Below are positions 41,756 to 56,500 of a stretch of DNA of 64,000 bases, one piece after another. The DNA is from Tubiluchus corallicola (Eukaryota; Animalia; Priapulida). Positions within the stretch are counted from its first letter, which is position 1; each line of letters begins with the position of its first letter. Under the pieces are notes generated by a model. It was not told where the DNA came from. It saw only the letters and a list, made by a program, of their open reading frames with translations, and did no database searches. The DNA lies in contig JAQGDQ010000253.1 of assembly GCA_030141605.1 (NCBI GenBank), positions 142,911 to 206,910 on the forward strand. Reading direction: 5' to 3'. Position numbers and translations under genes: made by a program.

Positions 41756-42115
41756 ATGAATGAGTCGGTGAGACTTAAAGGTAAAGTCCACAAAGACCCG
41801 CTCTAATCTATGGGCTGGAAGCAGCTTCTCTAAAGAAGATCGAAGAGAAGAAAATGGGTGTGGTGGAGATGAGGATGTTGAGATGGATGGTGGGAATAAC
41901 AAGAAGAGATAAAATTAGAAATAATAATATCAGAGGAACAGTAAAAGTAGTGGAAGCCTCGCAAGATTGCGATGGTATGGACACCTGAAAAGAAGAGTCG
42001 GTGAAGATCATGTGGGAAGGGAAGACATAAATGAAGAGATGGTCAACAACAGGAATGCGTGGAGAAGACTCATTCGCAACGGCGACCCGCATAGGGAAAA
42101 GCTGGGAAGAAGAAG
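41756..42115 (+). mobile_element. Internally deleted RTE LINE 3' derivative, copy 1
   Basis: Translates as RLKGKVHK...MLRWMVGITRRDKIRN...RLRWYGHLKRR...RNAWRRLIRNGDP, then a (GAA)n tail. Confidence 0.88.
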
Positions 42116-42307
42116 TTGCGCGGTTCAGTCCCATTTCATGGGATCCAATCAATATTTCATACAAATGACATTCACTCGAAAATCATTCATACTCGTCCAG
42201 GTATCGTCGTTAGACAGCCACAAAAATGTCTATCGTTTCAGTTTCAAAGTCCACAGCGTGGGTAGCTGCAACTACGTCACCCGCTATGTAGCAACGCTTT
42301 GCGTTAA

Positions 42308-42749
42308 CCCTTTCATACCCGTTGTATCCCATGGGATACGAGAATATTCTCTGCCTTTAAAATTAATAAAATTTTAAAACTGAGAGTTATTTGATCTGTT
42401 AATAGTTATTTTGATTTAAGCCAATAACAATAGACTAAAAATAGTGACAAACTAAAAAATCTACATACCACAAAAAACTGTGTAAGGTACAGTACTTTAG
42501 AGTTGACTTTGTACAGATCAGCATAGCACACATACCAAATGTCTTAAATACTTAAAAAAATTATCAGCATTTGCTTTTTATCATGTTTAGCAACCACTGA
42601 ATCCCAATGTATCCCGTGGGATACAGGCTATATTTAGCATAGGTAGAAAAAAAAAATATTATTATGTGTAAACAAGATGGACGTACAGAACAAAAGTACT
42701 AAGCTGAAAAATTTTTTCTTATTAAAAAAATAATTTGGGACTGAAAGGG
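42308..42749 (-). mobile_element. piggyBac-type MITE, copy 2 (inverted relative to 27142-27600)
   Basis: TTAA-CCCTTTCATACCC ... GGGACTGAAAGGG-TTAA, with a collinear internal sequence. Confidence 0.92.
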
Positions 42750-43091
42750 TTAACCGCCTTCATCGTGACAGGAACTAAGTTTCGTATCAATGGCTTTCCG
42801 TTTTGTTGTAAATGCTGAACTTTAAGATCTAAATGGATATTATAGCTGATAATCATCAACTACTCCACGGAATGCTGTCGATTTCACACGTTCAGGTTGT
42901 CAGCTGCTTGAGTTATTTCCGGATTTTGCATGTGAAAAGTCTCCTTCTATGTAGAATGATGGTGATGATGCTAATTATAATGAAGAAGAGTCTGATCATT
43001 TTGGAGATGGCGATAATGATGACAATGAACGACAAGACGGTGACGACAGTGATGGTGGCGAACGACATAATAGTGACGATGGTAACGAAAA

Positions 43092-43468
43092 TTCTTCTTC
43101 TTCTTCCCAGCTTTTCCCTATTCTTGGTCGCCGTTGTGAACGAGTCTTCTCCGCGTATTCCTGTTGTTGACCATTTCTTCATTTATGTCTTCCCTTCCCA
43201 CATGATCTTCACCGACTCTTCTTTTCAGGTGCCCATACCATCGCAATCTTGCAAGGCTTCCACTACTTTTACTGTTCCTCTGAATATTATTATTTTTAAT
43301 TTTATCTTTTCTTGTTATTCCCACCATCCATCTCAACATCCCCGTCTCCACCACACCCATTTTCTTCTCTTCGGTCTTCTTTAGAGAAGCTGCTTCCAGC
43401 CCATAGATTAGAGCGGGTCTGACCACTTCTTTGTGGACTTTCCCTTTAAGTCTCACCGACTCTTTCAT
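43092..43468 (-). mobile_element. Internally deleted RTE LINE 3' derivative, copy 2
   Basis: Reverse complement of 41756-42115, with a (GAA)n tail and a 13-bp TSD TTTTCRTTACCAT (element strand). Confidence 0.88.
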
Positions 43469-43707
43469 ATGGTAATGAAAAGACTGTGACGATTATTTCT
43501 ACAACCATTTTATAGTGGCATGCGTCTTTTTCGTGCTTATTTTTTCATGTTTATTCATCTTATACTCACTTTCTACGCACCTCCTGTACCGGACTCTTTA
43601 GTGACGGAATTTAAATTCGGACCATTCGAACGTATTAGGGCTTACCAAATTTTTAGTTAAATTAAAATGAATTAATTAATAATGTATTAGATTATGATAG
43701 ATAATTC

Positions 43708-44057
43708 TGTTGATGAATGCTGGCATGAAGCCAGTTAACGAGTGGTGTCACGTAAGTGATTCAGAATTGAGGTGACGGGGCTCCGTGCACGATATATAGG
43801 CCGTGCAATGCGCCTAGCTGAGGAAATTAGGCTGAGTCTGTGAGCCGGCGCAGAGAGCCGTTAGAGAGCAGTGGCTTGGCATTGCTATCTGTTATATCTA
43901 TTGTGTTTGATGTTTAATAAACGTGTCGTTTTATAATCAGACTCTTCATAGCTTTGCCATTCCGAAAGCACCAATAATCAGCTATACACAACCAATACAA
44001 CGCACTATCCAATATACAACGAAATTCATTTTACTCTCCACAAACCTGCCATCAACA
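43708..44057 (+). mobile_element. Solo LTR (probably Ty3/gypsy)
   Basis: Inverted termini TGTTGATG ... CATCAACA, a 4-bp TSD ATTC, a TATA-like GATATATAGG (~43791) and AATAAA (~43916). Confidence 0.8.
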
Positions 44058-44286
44058 ATTCATACCCGGAACAATTAAAAATTCAAGACACTTGTAATCG
44101 TTTTAGTACAATTATTTGGAAAGCTTGAAAAAACATTTTCCACGGAAGCAGATTTACCATTAAGCAATATCCCACACGGTGTTTGTATTCCCATTTCTTT
44201 ACCCATTTAACGATGGTGAAAGGACAGTAATAAATTCACGTGAAACAGTTACTGCTGCAGAGAAAAATCTGAGATGTGGCTGCCAC

Positions 44287-44779
<493 letters not shown>

Positions 44780-45474
44780 GCTGCCACTGTCTAGAGTCTA
44801 TAGTGACACCAGCTAATGTGCAAGTTATCATAGCAATGCAACATAGCAAGTTAATGTTCTACATTAAACTTAACCCTAGAGGATCATTATAATTCTGAAA
44901 GGATTCGAAACACGTGCAGCAGGGATTCGAAACACGTATAGACAACACTTAAAAATGTAGACCAAAATAATTGATACTACGTAAATCCAGGTTGCAGATT
45001 TTAGTTCATTACTGTAAAACAAAAGAAAGGCGAGAGAAGATTCATTTACAACTTCGCTTAGATATTGGTGAGATGCCAGCATAACGATTTAATGAGACAG
45101 TGCTGTATTCGTAATAGATTAGACCACGTCCATTGCATTAAACATGTAATGACACTCTGATAGCTATGTATTTTGAATCTATTATCAGTTTTGGGGTGCT
45201 AGTTTAGTTTTCATTGTTTAGAAGTTTATTAGCAGAGATTTCGCTCAGAATTGATATTTGAATTAACGAATCAGCAAGGATAATGTGTGAAATGCAATTA
45301 TTATTTCGATTTTTTACTGACTAACGTTTTTGCTTTAATTACCTAAAGTAGCTCCTACAGCGCTGCACATCATATTAATACAACAATCCAGTATTCAGTA
45401 AAAAAACTAATGTATAACTATATACTGCAGTACTATATACTATGCAATAGCCTGTAATCTATAATATTATCTAA

Positions 45475-45562
<88 letters not shown>

Positions 45563-45572
45563 GTAATAATAA

Positions 45573-46114
45573 TTGTTGTTGGCATCCTTCTGTTTCGGAA
45601 GACAATGGAATGTGCGCCAAGAGAGTCAGTTTTTGATCACATTGATGGAGCTGCAGCGTCGTCTATGGCTGAGCAGTCCGATCCTTGAACGTCTCCAGGG
45701 CGCACGCCTGGGCAAGGTGTATGGAGATCCTGAGTTGCCCAGACAACAGGAACCTCCTCTCTTCCTCCCTGGCTATAGTCCAACGTAAAGCGGAGCGATA
45801 CGTTTAGCACCAGGTTGGCTGCAGGAGCTGCCGGAGTCAGTGAGTATGCTGCACTGGTCCGCCTTCGGGGCTCCACTCCTGATTTGGAAGATTTACTCCT
45901 CTACACATGGCCGTTTTGTCAATTGACCTCCTCCGCCCTCTAGCCCTTGGCTGCCTGTGCAGCTCCTCCGCCCAGTGTCGAGATGCAGTGTGCATCCCGC
46001 AAGCCTACAGCACCTGGTATTCCTAGACGGTCATCCATCCAAGTACAAACCAGGCTCTACGTTGCTTAACTTCGGCGATCAGACGTGAACAGGTGTTTTC
46101 AACGTGATTTGGCC
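45573..46114 (-). mobile_element. 5S rRNA-headed SINE, copy 3
   Basis: Full reverse complement of copies 1 and 2, flanked by (TTA)n 45475-45560 and (TAA)n 46116-46277. Confidence 0.93.
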
Positions 46115-46151
<37 letters not shown>

Positions 46152-46164
46152 TAATAATAATAAC

Positions 46165-46279
<115 letters not shown>

Positions 46280-48049
46280 CGAAGATGTAGGAGAAGAAGA
46301 AGAAGAAGAAGAACAACAACAACAACAGCAAAAACAACAATAACAACAACAACAACAACAACAACAACAGCAATGTATATAATGTTTAAACCTTGCACAT
46401 TACATTACATGACGTTCCAATATCGCGGTTTGATGTTCTTGGCAAAATTGGAAGACAAAAATTTGATTTAGTTTCAGTCTCGAGATCGTATTTTCACGGC
46501 AAGATTATTTTTATGACTTGTATTAGCAGGCGCACAATAAAATAATGCAAATGGAAATAGTCTGTGTATACATATGCTATATAAATATGCTGTTTATTTA
46601 ACGAAAAAGCAGCCATTACGGCGACATGATGAATGTAAATAGCATTGCTGCTGCATTGGGTCGTCAGACCTAGCGAAATCCACATTCGCTGGGGAATTTC
46701 TTCTTAGTGACAATGACATATTGAATAAATTATAAACAGGCGATATGGAGATTTCTATTCTAAGTGCGCGCAAATAAAATCTTACTACAGGGACTGTTTC
46801 AGCTCCGTCTTATGTCATCGCACTCCAGTCAGCCAGTTATAGTAACCTAATCAATAACAGGCCTATAGGTGATAAATTTATTAAACATATTAATTTAGAG
46901 TTCAGACATTGCTTTTAAAGAGCCTCAAATCTTTTTACGAAAATAAATTTCTCAGTGGTACCTTTAAACGGTTTCTTTGAGTGAAAGAGACAAATTGCGT
47001 GATCTCTTTTAGGCTCTAACTTTTCTGCTTTGAGAAATTCATTTCTAACTACACGTATTTTCATTTAGGCTGTTTATTTTTATCCTGAACACAAAAATTG
47101 ACTAACAAAATGCATTAGAGTACCAAACACCCACATTAACAGAAAGCTGTACCTTAGGAATCTGTCAAGAAATCTGATTTTTTTTCTAAAAATCTCTTGG
47201 AAATCCTATGAAACTGCTTTCAAAAACACCCAGCTAATACGTTACTCACACCTGGCACAAGTTTGGAATAACTATTGTCGTTAGAAGTCGTGTGCCTTTC
47301 ACCACGTGTTATTCGTTTAATTAGATGAAAACCACGCGACTGTTCATTAGAAAGACTGTTCATCAGACTAACATTCTTTTTTTAGTTACTTCTTTTTGTT
47401 CGCAGCATTCCACTAAGAATTTCTTTTAGCCCCTGCCTTTGAGGCCCAAATTATCCCCTGTTGGTCGTCACCACTTCCACGTTTCCTGGGAGTTGGCCGA
47501 TTCTTGTTCGACCTTTGGCTTATGTCTTTGACCTTACTACTTCTATGCATGTTTAGAAAACTTACATACTATCGTTGCACACTGTATAATACGCTAACCA
47601 TCCTTAACGTCATAGTATCGGCTTCGTGACCGTACTGACCCTCCTCAATACTGCTCTCGGAATAGACCAGATTGAAATGTAAACACGCGAGAATGTGACG
47701 TTATTGGCTCATTGATGATTCTCGACTCTCTTCAGAGGTACTTCAAAATTTAATATTGGAACGCGTATTTTCCAGAAGTCGACCAACAAATATTAATTTG
47801 ATAGTAATTACGCAAGACTGTAATCTTAACCTTATTATGTATGGATTCTTGAATACGAAGTACCGTAAAACCGACACAACGTACAAGACGATAGTATTAG
47901 TATATTGTGAGTAAATGCCTTGTCTTTTGCAATTCCACCTTTCACATACGAACAGTATTTCCCAAAGCAAGGAAAAGCAGCAGAAATGATGGCGACAGCG
48001 ATACAGTAAAGCTTTTCGGCTGCCACTACTACTATTACTATGAATTTTA

Positions 48050-48490
48050 TTTCACACATCAAAAAATACAATATCAAACACATGAATAAACTTTAAATAA
48101 AATAATTTGAGTAGTGTGAGGTGAGTGTACGATACGACCATACGGTCATTAACACACTCACCTTACTTAAATGAAAAAATGATTATAGTTATCCTAGTAT
48201 CATCGTGTTCGTATGTCGGATATTCAAAACGAGTCATTAAATGTTTTTTTTTAATTTAGACTTGAATATTGATAAAGAGCTGCTGTGTTTTAGTGATGTC
48301 GGTAATGAATTCCAAAGTTGTATTGCTTGCTTAGTAACGGAATTCTTTCCATATTGGTTGTTCGTGATAATGTTTCTTAAATTTAGTGTTCTGTTATTCA
48401 TACTGGGGTTTTTAAGAAGTGGGAGTTTATTGTTTTTGAAAGGAGAGTAAATATTGTTGATATATTTATAGAGAAACATCAGTTTACATG
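48050..48490 (-). mobile_element. CR1/L2-group LINE 3' fragment with 3' UTR hairpin
   Basis: Translates as YGKNSVTKQAIQLWNSLPTSLKHSSSLSIFKSKLKK*. A downstream hairpin reads AGGTGAGTGT...ACACTCACCT. Confidence 0.75.
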
Positions 48491-49903
48491 ACCACACACT
48501 GATCAGCATCTGTTTCAAAACACACAGTATACATCGCTAAAACTTATTTTAGTAGAAAAATTGTGATTTATTTCTCAATTTACATAATTTCAAACTGTAC
48601 AACCACCCAAAAATAATTGCATTAATTAATATTTCCTTCGTTAATAACACTTATTACTAACATGGAAACAATCCATGATATTGGTCATTAAATTCAATGG
48701 CAGAACAGAAGCATTGACAGCACGAAATTCGAATAAATAAATAAATTAGTACAAACTGAGCATAGTTTTAATTAACCTTAGATTTAGATTTAGATTTAAT
48801 ATTTTATTTCAAACTTTACAAAGTTCATATACACATCACAAATTAATACAAATAATACAATAAATCATGAAACTCAACAATAACACAAATAACAATTAAC
48901 GATATAACAAACTACGCCAATGATGTCTAATTACAGAAGAAAAGTTTACATCACTGTTTAAAATGTTCTTGCATATAAAATGTTTTCACTCTTATTCAGC
49001 CCGACGTGTAAACTGTATGCACATTTTCTGTGAATCACATCAAAATAAATAATATTAAATATTAATTCTTACTCAACTAAATTTTACTTAACTGTTCAAC
49101 TATACATTTATGTACAACATTTCCTTAGGTCAGTTAATATAAGACCTATAATTCAATATGCATTGTAATATATTACAAGTAATTGCAGAGCTGTGTACAC
49201 AAATATTACAAAGAAACATTATTTATTCATATACACAATTATAGTCCATCAAACAATGAGTAAGTTAATAATGTCCAGCCCTGCCATCTTCAAGCAGGAA
49301 TAAACAAACTCGCGTAATTTGTGTGTCAATGCAACAGAATTCCCGAGAAAAATCAGTGACAGTGATTGATGAGCTGCCTGTCTTTGATTCTCAATAAATT
49401 TCGAAAGAACATTTTCATGGTTATTGAAGAATGATTTGTAATGCCAGTACAGGCACATCGACTTTCTATGTCAAAAATCTGCACGTCTGATTTCAATAAC
49501 CAACACAACAGTTCATGTAAAAACACGGAACAAAACACAAACTGTTAGAAAAATGGCAAGCTTCACAAACAAACAAACAAAAATTGCTCACATCTTGCTG
49601 CAAGAGAGGTACACTCTTGTTGGTCCCCATGAAAATAATGGTGAATAGATGACAGAAATTCAAAATTTTCATTGCAACAGGAGTAAAATGGAAATGGCTA
49701 CAGAAGATTCCTCCGTGACAGCACACTCTCTTATCTACGTAATAAAATATTAATTTTCAACATACTTCCTTTGTTAGCACATAAAAAGAAGCAAAGGCCT
49801 GTTATACTATCACAAGCTTATATAACAAGGTCTATCAGAGTCCAAAATTTTTTACTTCCGACCTGTTGCGCTCTTAAATCAAGGACACTACGTACAAATA
49901 TAA

Positions 49904-50265
49904 CTACGGCCATATCACGTTGAAAACACCAGTTCTCGTCTGATCACCGAAGTTAAGCAACATAGAGCCTGGCTAGTGCCCTGAAGGCGGACCAGTGCAG
50001 CATGCTCACTGACTCCAGCAGCTCCTGCGGTCAACCTGGTGCCAAACGTATCGCTCCGCTTTCCTTTGGACTATAACCAGGAAGGAATTGGGCAACTCAG
50101 GATCTCCATACACCTTGCCCAGGCGTGCGCCCAGGAGAGGCCACTCCAGTGATTCAAGAATCAGACTTCCTCAGCCACAGTCGATGCTGCAGCTCCATGA
50201 ATGTGATCAATAGCTGACTCTCTTGGCGCACACTCCATTGTCTTCTGAGATAGAAGGATGCCACA
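49904..50265 (+). mobile_element. 5S rRNA-headed SINE, copy 4 (internal ~180-bp deletion)
   Basis: The 5S head breaks after GCCTGGCTAGT and resumes at GCCCTGAAGGCGGACC. The 3' end matches the other copies. Degenerate TSD ACGTACAAATATAA / ACGTGCAAAAATGTAA. Confidence 0.9.
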
Positions 50266-50557
50266 ACGTGCAAAAATGTAAGGATGCCAGAAATGTTAGT
50301 ACACCATAATCATAAAGAACAAATTTTATCAAACAGAATTTCCTAGTAAATGGCAAACACTAGATAAAGTAATGAGATATACAGATGCTCAAAAACAAAT
50401 AATTAGTATAAAGTAATCGAAACCGGAAATAACAAAGACAAAGCCCTCAAATGCTCATGTCCACTATAACTCCGCATGAGTTTATCACAAAGAGATACTT
50501 TACAAGCCACGTTAACACAAAAGGAGCGCAATGAGAGTGATAATGACAATTTTACTA

Positions 50558-53500
50558 TTATAAGCCTATAAGGTGATAAAGTAAAAATCCATGAATGGTG
50601 ATCATATATAACACAAGGAGCAGTCTAAGGGTTGGCCGTGCACGAATCCTTCGAGATGCGTATCTCCTGAAAAGTAATGACAACATTTAACAAACACGCA
50701 AAAAGCACAAAATATTTATTCAACGCTGATTATCAATTTTAAAACATATTAGTAAATAGCTATCATGTTTTACATAAGTAAGCATGAGTTTTTTATACTA
50801 ATCTCCTCAAATATCATACTTAACAAAAAAATAAGATCATCAGATAATTATGTATTAATGTCATCATGTTAGCTGCTATTCTTATTAACAGACGTTATGC
50901 CATTGCAGTGCTAAAGCTATATATAAACAACTGACAAACAAAAGTATATCAAATTATATAAATTTTTTACTTCAATTTTTCAAAATAAAGCTGTAAACAT
51001 TTGCTGAGTTTTTTGAAATTACTAACAAGAACATCAGCCACAGGTAGCTGGTTCGCTGTTTTGCACCTGTGGTTAAGTCATTACTAGTTAATTACAAGTA
51101 TCGGTACGAAATTGATCGATATTTCTTGTTGATAACATTATTAATTTACAATTTTTTTAATATAAATTGAATTCCAAACGTTGCAATGTTAGTTCACGGA
51201 ACAAATAAATTAAAGTTCACTTTGTACACTAGAAATATAGAGCCAATACAGAAGAATCTGATTATGCAAACGCTAAACTGTATTACCAAATCTAATTAGT
51301 GTTTGTCAAGCTATAATCATAATTTACAGTTTATGAATATATGACTAACATTAATTCACTATGCATATCTTGTAGTTTTAATCATCAACTTCTAATCACC
51401 GCCATATCTGATTCATCATGTGCAAAGACAGAAGGGCAGGTTATACAGTAATTTACAAAAAAGATTAATTTTCTGGAAAGTTAATTCAACGTATGCCGGT
51501 TACAGTTAGCACAGGTAATAGCTTCTACCAACACAGAAATCTGGAAAATATGAAAATACTTACAATTTATTGTTCAACATTCGTTGTAACCTGTAACATG
51601 TTGAAGCACCTTGTCGAGCTGTAAAAAAGTAAAAATTCAATAATTAATGCTGCAATGAAATCACAAACCTAATATTTGATGGATTCGTTGTGTTTCATTG
51701 TGCACTATATGCTGCAATTACTGCAATTCCGGTTTTGTAAAGATGGGAGAAAAACACAGGAAATTTTCTGTTGGTAGAAAATTGTACTCAATGGCGATGA
51801 CGCAACATCATCACTAGTTATGCAAGCAAGTTGTTTCCATGGTAAAATTTTAGTATTAGAAACATTTTTGGCAATTATTATGGCCAACAGTAAGTTATTT
51901 TTAGACTATAATGTGAAATATCATTTTGTTTTCCCTTAACTTTTTTAAAAGTAAAAAAAACGAAAAGCGAATCTAAATGATCTGCAAGTGTAAACAAACT
52001 GGTCACAGCTTAAATACAGCTAAATGATAAATACTTACTAAGAACACCATGAGCGGGAATCCTGGCTTCTTCTTCATCACTCAGTAACCTGAGAGTTACC
52101 TGCCAAGAGAGACATCCAATTATACATTTAAACACTCTACTACCGAAGCGTAATTTATAAGTTGAGGAAAAAAATGTTCCACTAGTCATGCTTCAAATGC
52201 TTTCATAATGCTATGACAGTTGTTTGTGAAAGCTACGAAGTTAAGCAACACGGAGCCAGGTTAGCAAAAAATGTGTGAATGTCTGGAAAAATGCTTCTGT
52301 ATACTGTATTTACTATTTACACTTGGACAGAGTACTGCAGCCTGTACTTTGCGCAGTACATCAGTCTCTTACCTAAACTCATGTTGACAAACTGCAAAAT
52401 CACATTGTAAATCTGATCTCTGCAATCTCTTAGTGAACAGAGGACACACTATTCACACTTGGACAGAGTACTGCAGCCTGTACTCTGCGTAGTACCATCA
52501 GTCTCTTACCTAAACTCATGTTGACAAACTGCAAAATCACATTGTAAAACTGATCTCTGCAATATTCCTAAATATTGGGCTAATGCCACTGTTTGCCATA
52601 TTTTTGCTGTGTACATTTGCAGATGCAGAACAGCTGTTTATGAATTCCAGTATCTACGAAATTCCTTATCAGAAATCTTACTTGCTTGAAGCAAATGTCA
52701 GCAAATAATTTCTATTAAAAATAACTTATTTGAAATTATATGAATTTCCTTTCTGTATTTGTATTTTAACTTTTGTACTACAGCCCTTATCATGAGTGAC
52801 CACTGATTAGGTTGAGGGAACTTGCATAAGAAACTATAAACATCTCAACATGACCAAGACACTTCTGCCAGTGCAGTGCCTCACCTATACTATCCTTGAT
52901 AAATGATCTATATTGCTAGTAGTCTTGCCACTGAGTGCTGAATGTGGACTTGTAGTGTACCACAAACACTATGAAGAAGTAAAGAAGAGGTACTTTAATT
53001 TCTGTTCACTCTTCAACAAATCACGCAGAGCATAATGGTAAAGCATTTCTTCTATCTTCTTTTATAAGATGGATGTCTCTTGCTAAAGCATCTGATTCAG
53101 AGAATTTATTATTCATTATTTTTTCTCTGCTAATAATAAAAGCACCTCATTCTTGGGCAAGGCACAAAAGATACAGTAACAACATGCAGTTAATCATCAA
53201 TAGACTCAATTCTTTTGGGCACATTTAATGCAGACAGTGGTGATTTACTGATAAGCAAGCCAATTAAAGTGATTAAATGGCGTGCAAAGTTGACAAGTTG
53301 AGAATGACTCTTTCTTAACATAAATCTGTATTCAACTACTTCAATGTTCTTAAAACCTTTCACTATGAAAACATGACAGTATCGTTCAACAGAGACAGCA
53401 TGTGCATATTACAGGTAAAGTGTGAAAGTGCCTAGGAATTTTATAAAATGTTTAACTTTTACACATTGTCTGTAACATACACAAAGCCATTCAATCTTCA

Positions 53501-56500
53501 TGAATAACTACATCATGAGACAATGTTGGGTACAAAACCATTCGCTAGAGAATAAAAGACAATGCCACTCAAAAATGACAAACAAACATGGAATTACTCA
53601 CAGCGAGTAAATAACAGGTAGCAAGGAGAAATGAGCGCTTTGCTAGGCACGTTAATAAACTAGAGGTAACATGTATCACCTGTGTTGGTGCAAAACCATC
53701 TACTTACATTGTCTGAGTCTTCTTGCATGTGCTGTAAACTGTGCTCATATTTCATCTGTTCCTTTAGATAAGCAACTTCATCTTCCAGCTGCATTCTCCA
53801 TTCTTTCTCTGAAGCATGACTCTGTTTCTCTTTTGCCAAGGTGTTCTCAAGGCTAACAATGTTGTTTTGTCTACTGGCTAGTAGAGTATCGGCTTTTTCT
53901 AGCCTATATACGATATTACCATTATTTTAATGCAAAAACTAAATTGGCATGCACATAAAATGGTAATCATGTAATTATTATTTATGTTGCAGGTACAAAT
54001 GTTTTGGTTCTGGTCCACATTACCCCTTCTCAAGGTAGTATATGCATTAGAAGCCACAATATATTAGACTGTAGTTCAACAAGCTAGACTACTTTTTCTA
54101 CTCTGACATTGTATAGGATTAACTTGTTATGTACACACGTCTCTGTTACATTTAATTTTTGACTTATAATTATACTGCTACCTTTTACTGACATTCTGGC
54201 TTTTTCTTGACTCAATACTGGACCAAAAATGTATGTATGCATTTTAGCTTTTTAGTGTAACGTAGTAATTTGTAGCACTTATTTTTCTAGCTCTTATTTC
54301 AGTAGTTTTGTAGAGGCAGTAGTTGTAGACTACAGAAAATTTGTATTTTTTGCAGAATAAACTAACATAGATATGGGAACGCAACTTTGGTTTGAGCGTA
54401 TACATTACAATTTATATGTACCATTATTAGTAAGCTTTGGGTACTGTTATTACGTCCAAAATTTTAGATGAAATGATTAGTCCCCACTACAGCAGAGTTT
54501 ATCACCATGTAACAAATTCACTGAAAATCATTAATGACAACTGACAACACGGAAATATCACTGTATATTTACTTTATACAGAAATTATAGCTGTAAATTT
54601 TGGAATACAAATGCTTTTCATGCAGATGGGCATAAGTAAATAGGTATAGATTGTTGGCAAATATTTCAAGTTTACTGAAAGATCATTATTACCCATTGCT
54701 CACAGCTTACAAGTTGAACACTGTAAAAAAATAATGGATACAGACTGGATAACGGATACAGCACGAAACTTATACCCAAGGGAGTGTATTTTAAAAGTAA
54801 CTTAGTGCAAACAATACAAATATTTAAATTAAACAGACAATAAAAGCAAGCTGTTAAACAGGTGCAAAACTTTAAACTAAATGAATTGCATGTTCACGTG
54901 TGCATTTATGTACAATGTCATGTGTTTGTGAGTGCGCATGCATATACCTTTGCTTCACATCTACAACATAATCAGATTCCAATTCTGGCTGCGATTTCTG
55001 CAAATCTTCTACCATTTTGCTTTTCTCCTCCTACAAAATAATAATAAGAGCAATTCTACAGAGCGAAAGTGCAATACATGTACAAACAAATGACTAAAAA
55101 TTTCTTTCAACATAGTCAAAAATAGATATACTAGTAAATGAATGTACAAAGGCACAGACAAAAAGACAGGAAAACTAACAGGACAAACATCAGATGGAAC
55201 AGAGATAGAAAAACAGACAAATAAACAAATATGTAAAGAGAATAAGTAATCAGACAATTCAGTAAAAAGTCACAATAAAATTCTCTTTTATCAGAAAGAG
55301 TCACTGGCACATAAGTATCAACTATTTACTTTTAATAAAAACAGGATTAGTGCACAAACTTTGTATCAATCTGGAATGTCCAAAACTAATAGGACCAAGT
55401 TTTTAGAAGCAGATGGTGATATTTTATCTACAAAACTAGTTCAAACATGAGCTGATGAATGTTTATCCTCCCATGCTAGACAACCAAGTAATCAGTACAG
55501 CTAATGGTTTTGAGTTAGGATATGCAACTATCTTGAAGCATTAAATTGGTCATGTTTGTTTAAGACAAAGCTCAACCACGAACTTATATTCTTTCTCGCA
55601 ACTTTAGAATAGAAACACGGATAAGAAAACTGCCACTGGACTGCAGATGGACTATAATGTCATATAGTTTAAAAACTACTCTATTCTACACTTACATAGA
55701 AGTTGAACATAAAATTCAGTTGGTAATGCATGAATATTACTTACAAGCAGAGCTTGATAGTGAGCTTGCAGTTTGTGAATGGCATCATCTCGCTCCTGAA
55801 GTGCTGTGTAGTACTGCTGTAGCTGTAGGTCACGATCTGCAAGCACCTATACAAATATATTTAGCATTTTGACATTAATTTTGTGTCCAGTTCAAAAAAC
55901 AGTTTGCTACAATGGTTTACTGTGAATTAAAATCAAACCTGCAGGACAAAATCAAAGTATTCGGTAAAGAACTTTCCTTAAATCTATTAAAGATGAAGTA
56001 AAATTTTTGTTGATCTACCTGGTCTAACAAGCGAATAGTAAAAGCCCTTGATTTGCAACATTTTGGTTCCTTATAAGCACTTAGCATATGCCTACAATAC
56101 CTTTCACGAAATTATCAATTTGCCAAAAAAAAACTTTGTAGTTTAATTAGGTTAACTTCTGAGTAACAGTATTGAACATTTCACTAACTTTTCTCGATTC
56201 TATTAACATACTGAAAACCTAAAAAAAAGATATGTAACTGACACACCTGCTAACAACCTATAATATTACTGAATTAGATTAGCTGATTAGATTTTTGTCA
56301 CTACTTCTGAGACAGAAAATACATCATTTTAAACTATGAAGATAAATTATAGTCAATTCACATGGTACTGCAGAGGCGGCAAGTATAAGTATAAGTATCA
56401 GAGCTGCTACAAATACATGGCTGTATGTTGTCTCCTCTAGTAACAGACTGTGAACACGAGCATTTCATTAGTTTTATTTACAATATAATTAATAGCAGAA

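Noticed and set aside
45573-45730. Self-cleaving ribozyme (twister or HDV-like) in the antisense SINE end
   Set aside because: GTGCGCC/GGCGCAC pairing exists, but I could not build a complete twister or HDV core. The segment is explained as an RTE 3' end.
46626-46730. C/D snoRNA or SECIS starting ATGATGA
   Set aside because: There is no CTGA D box or terminal stem, the helix is too short for a SECIS, and there is no host gene.
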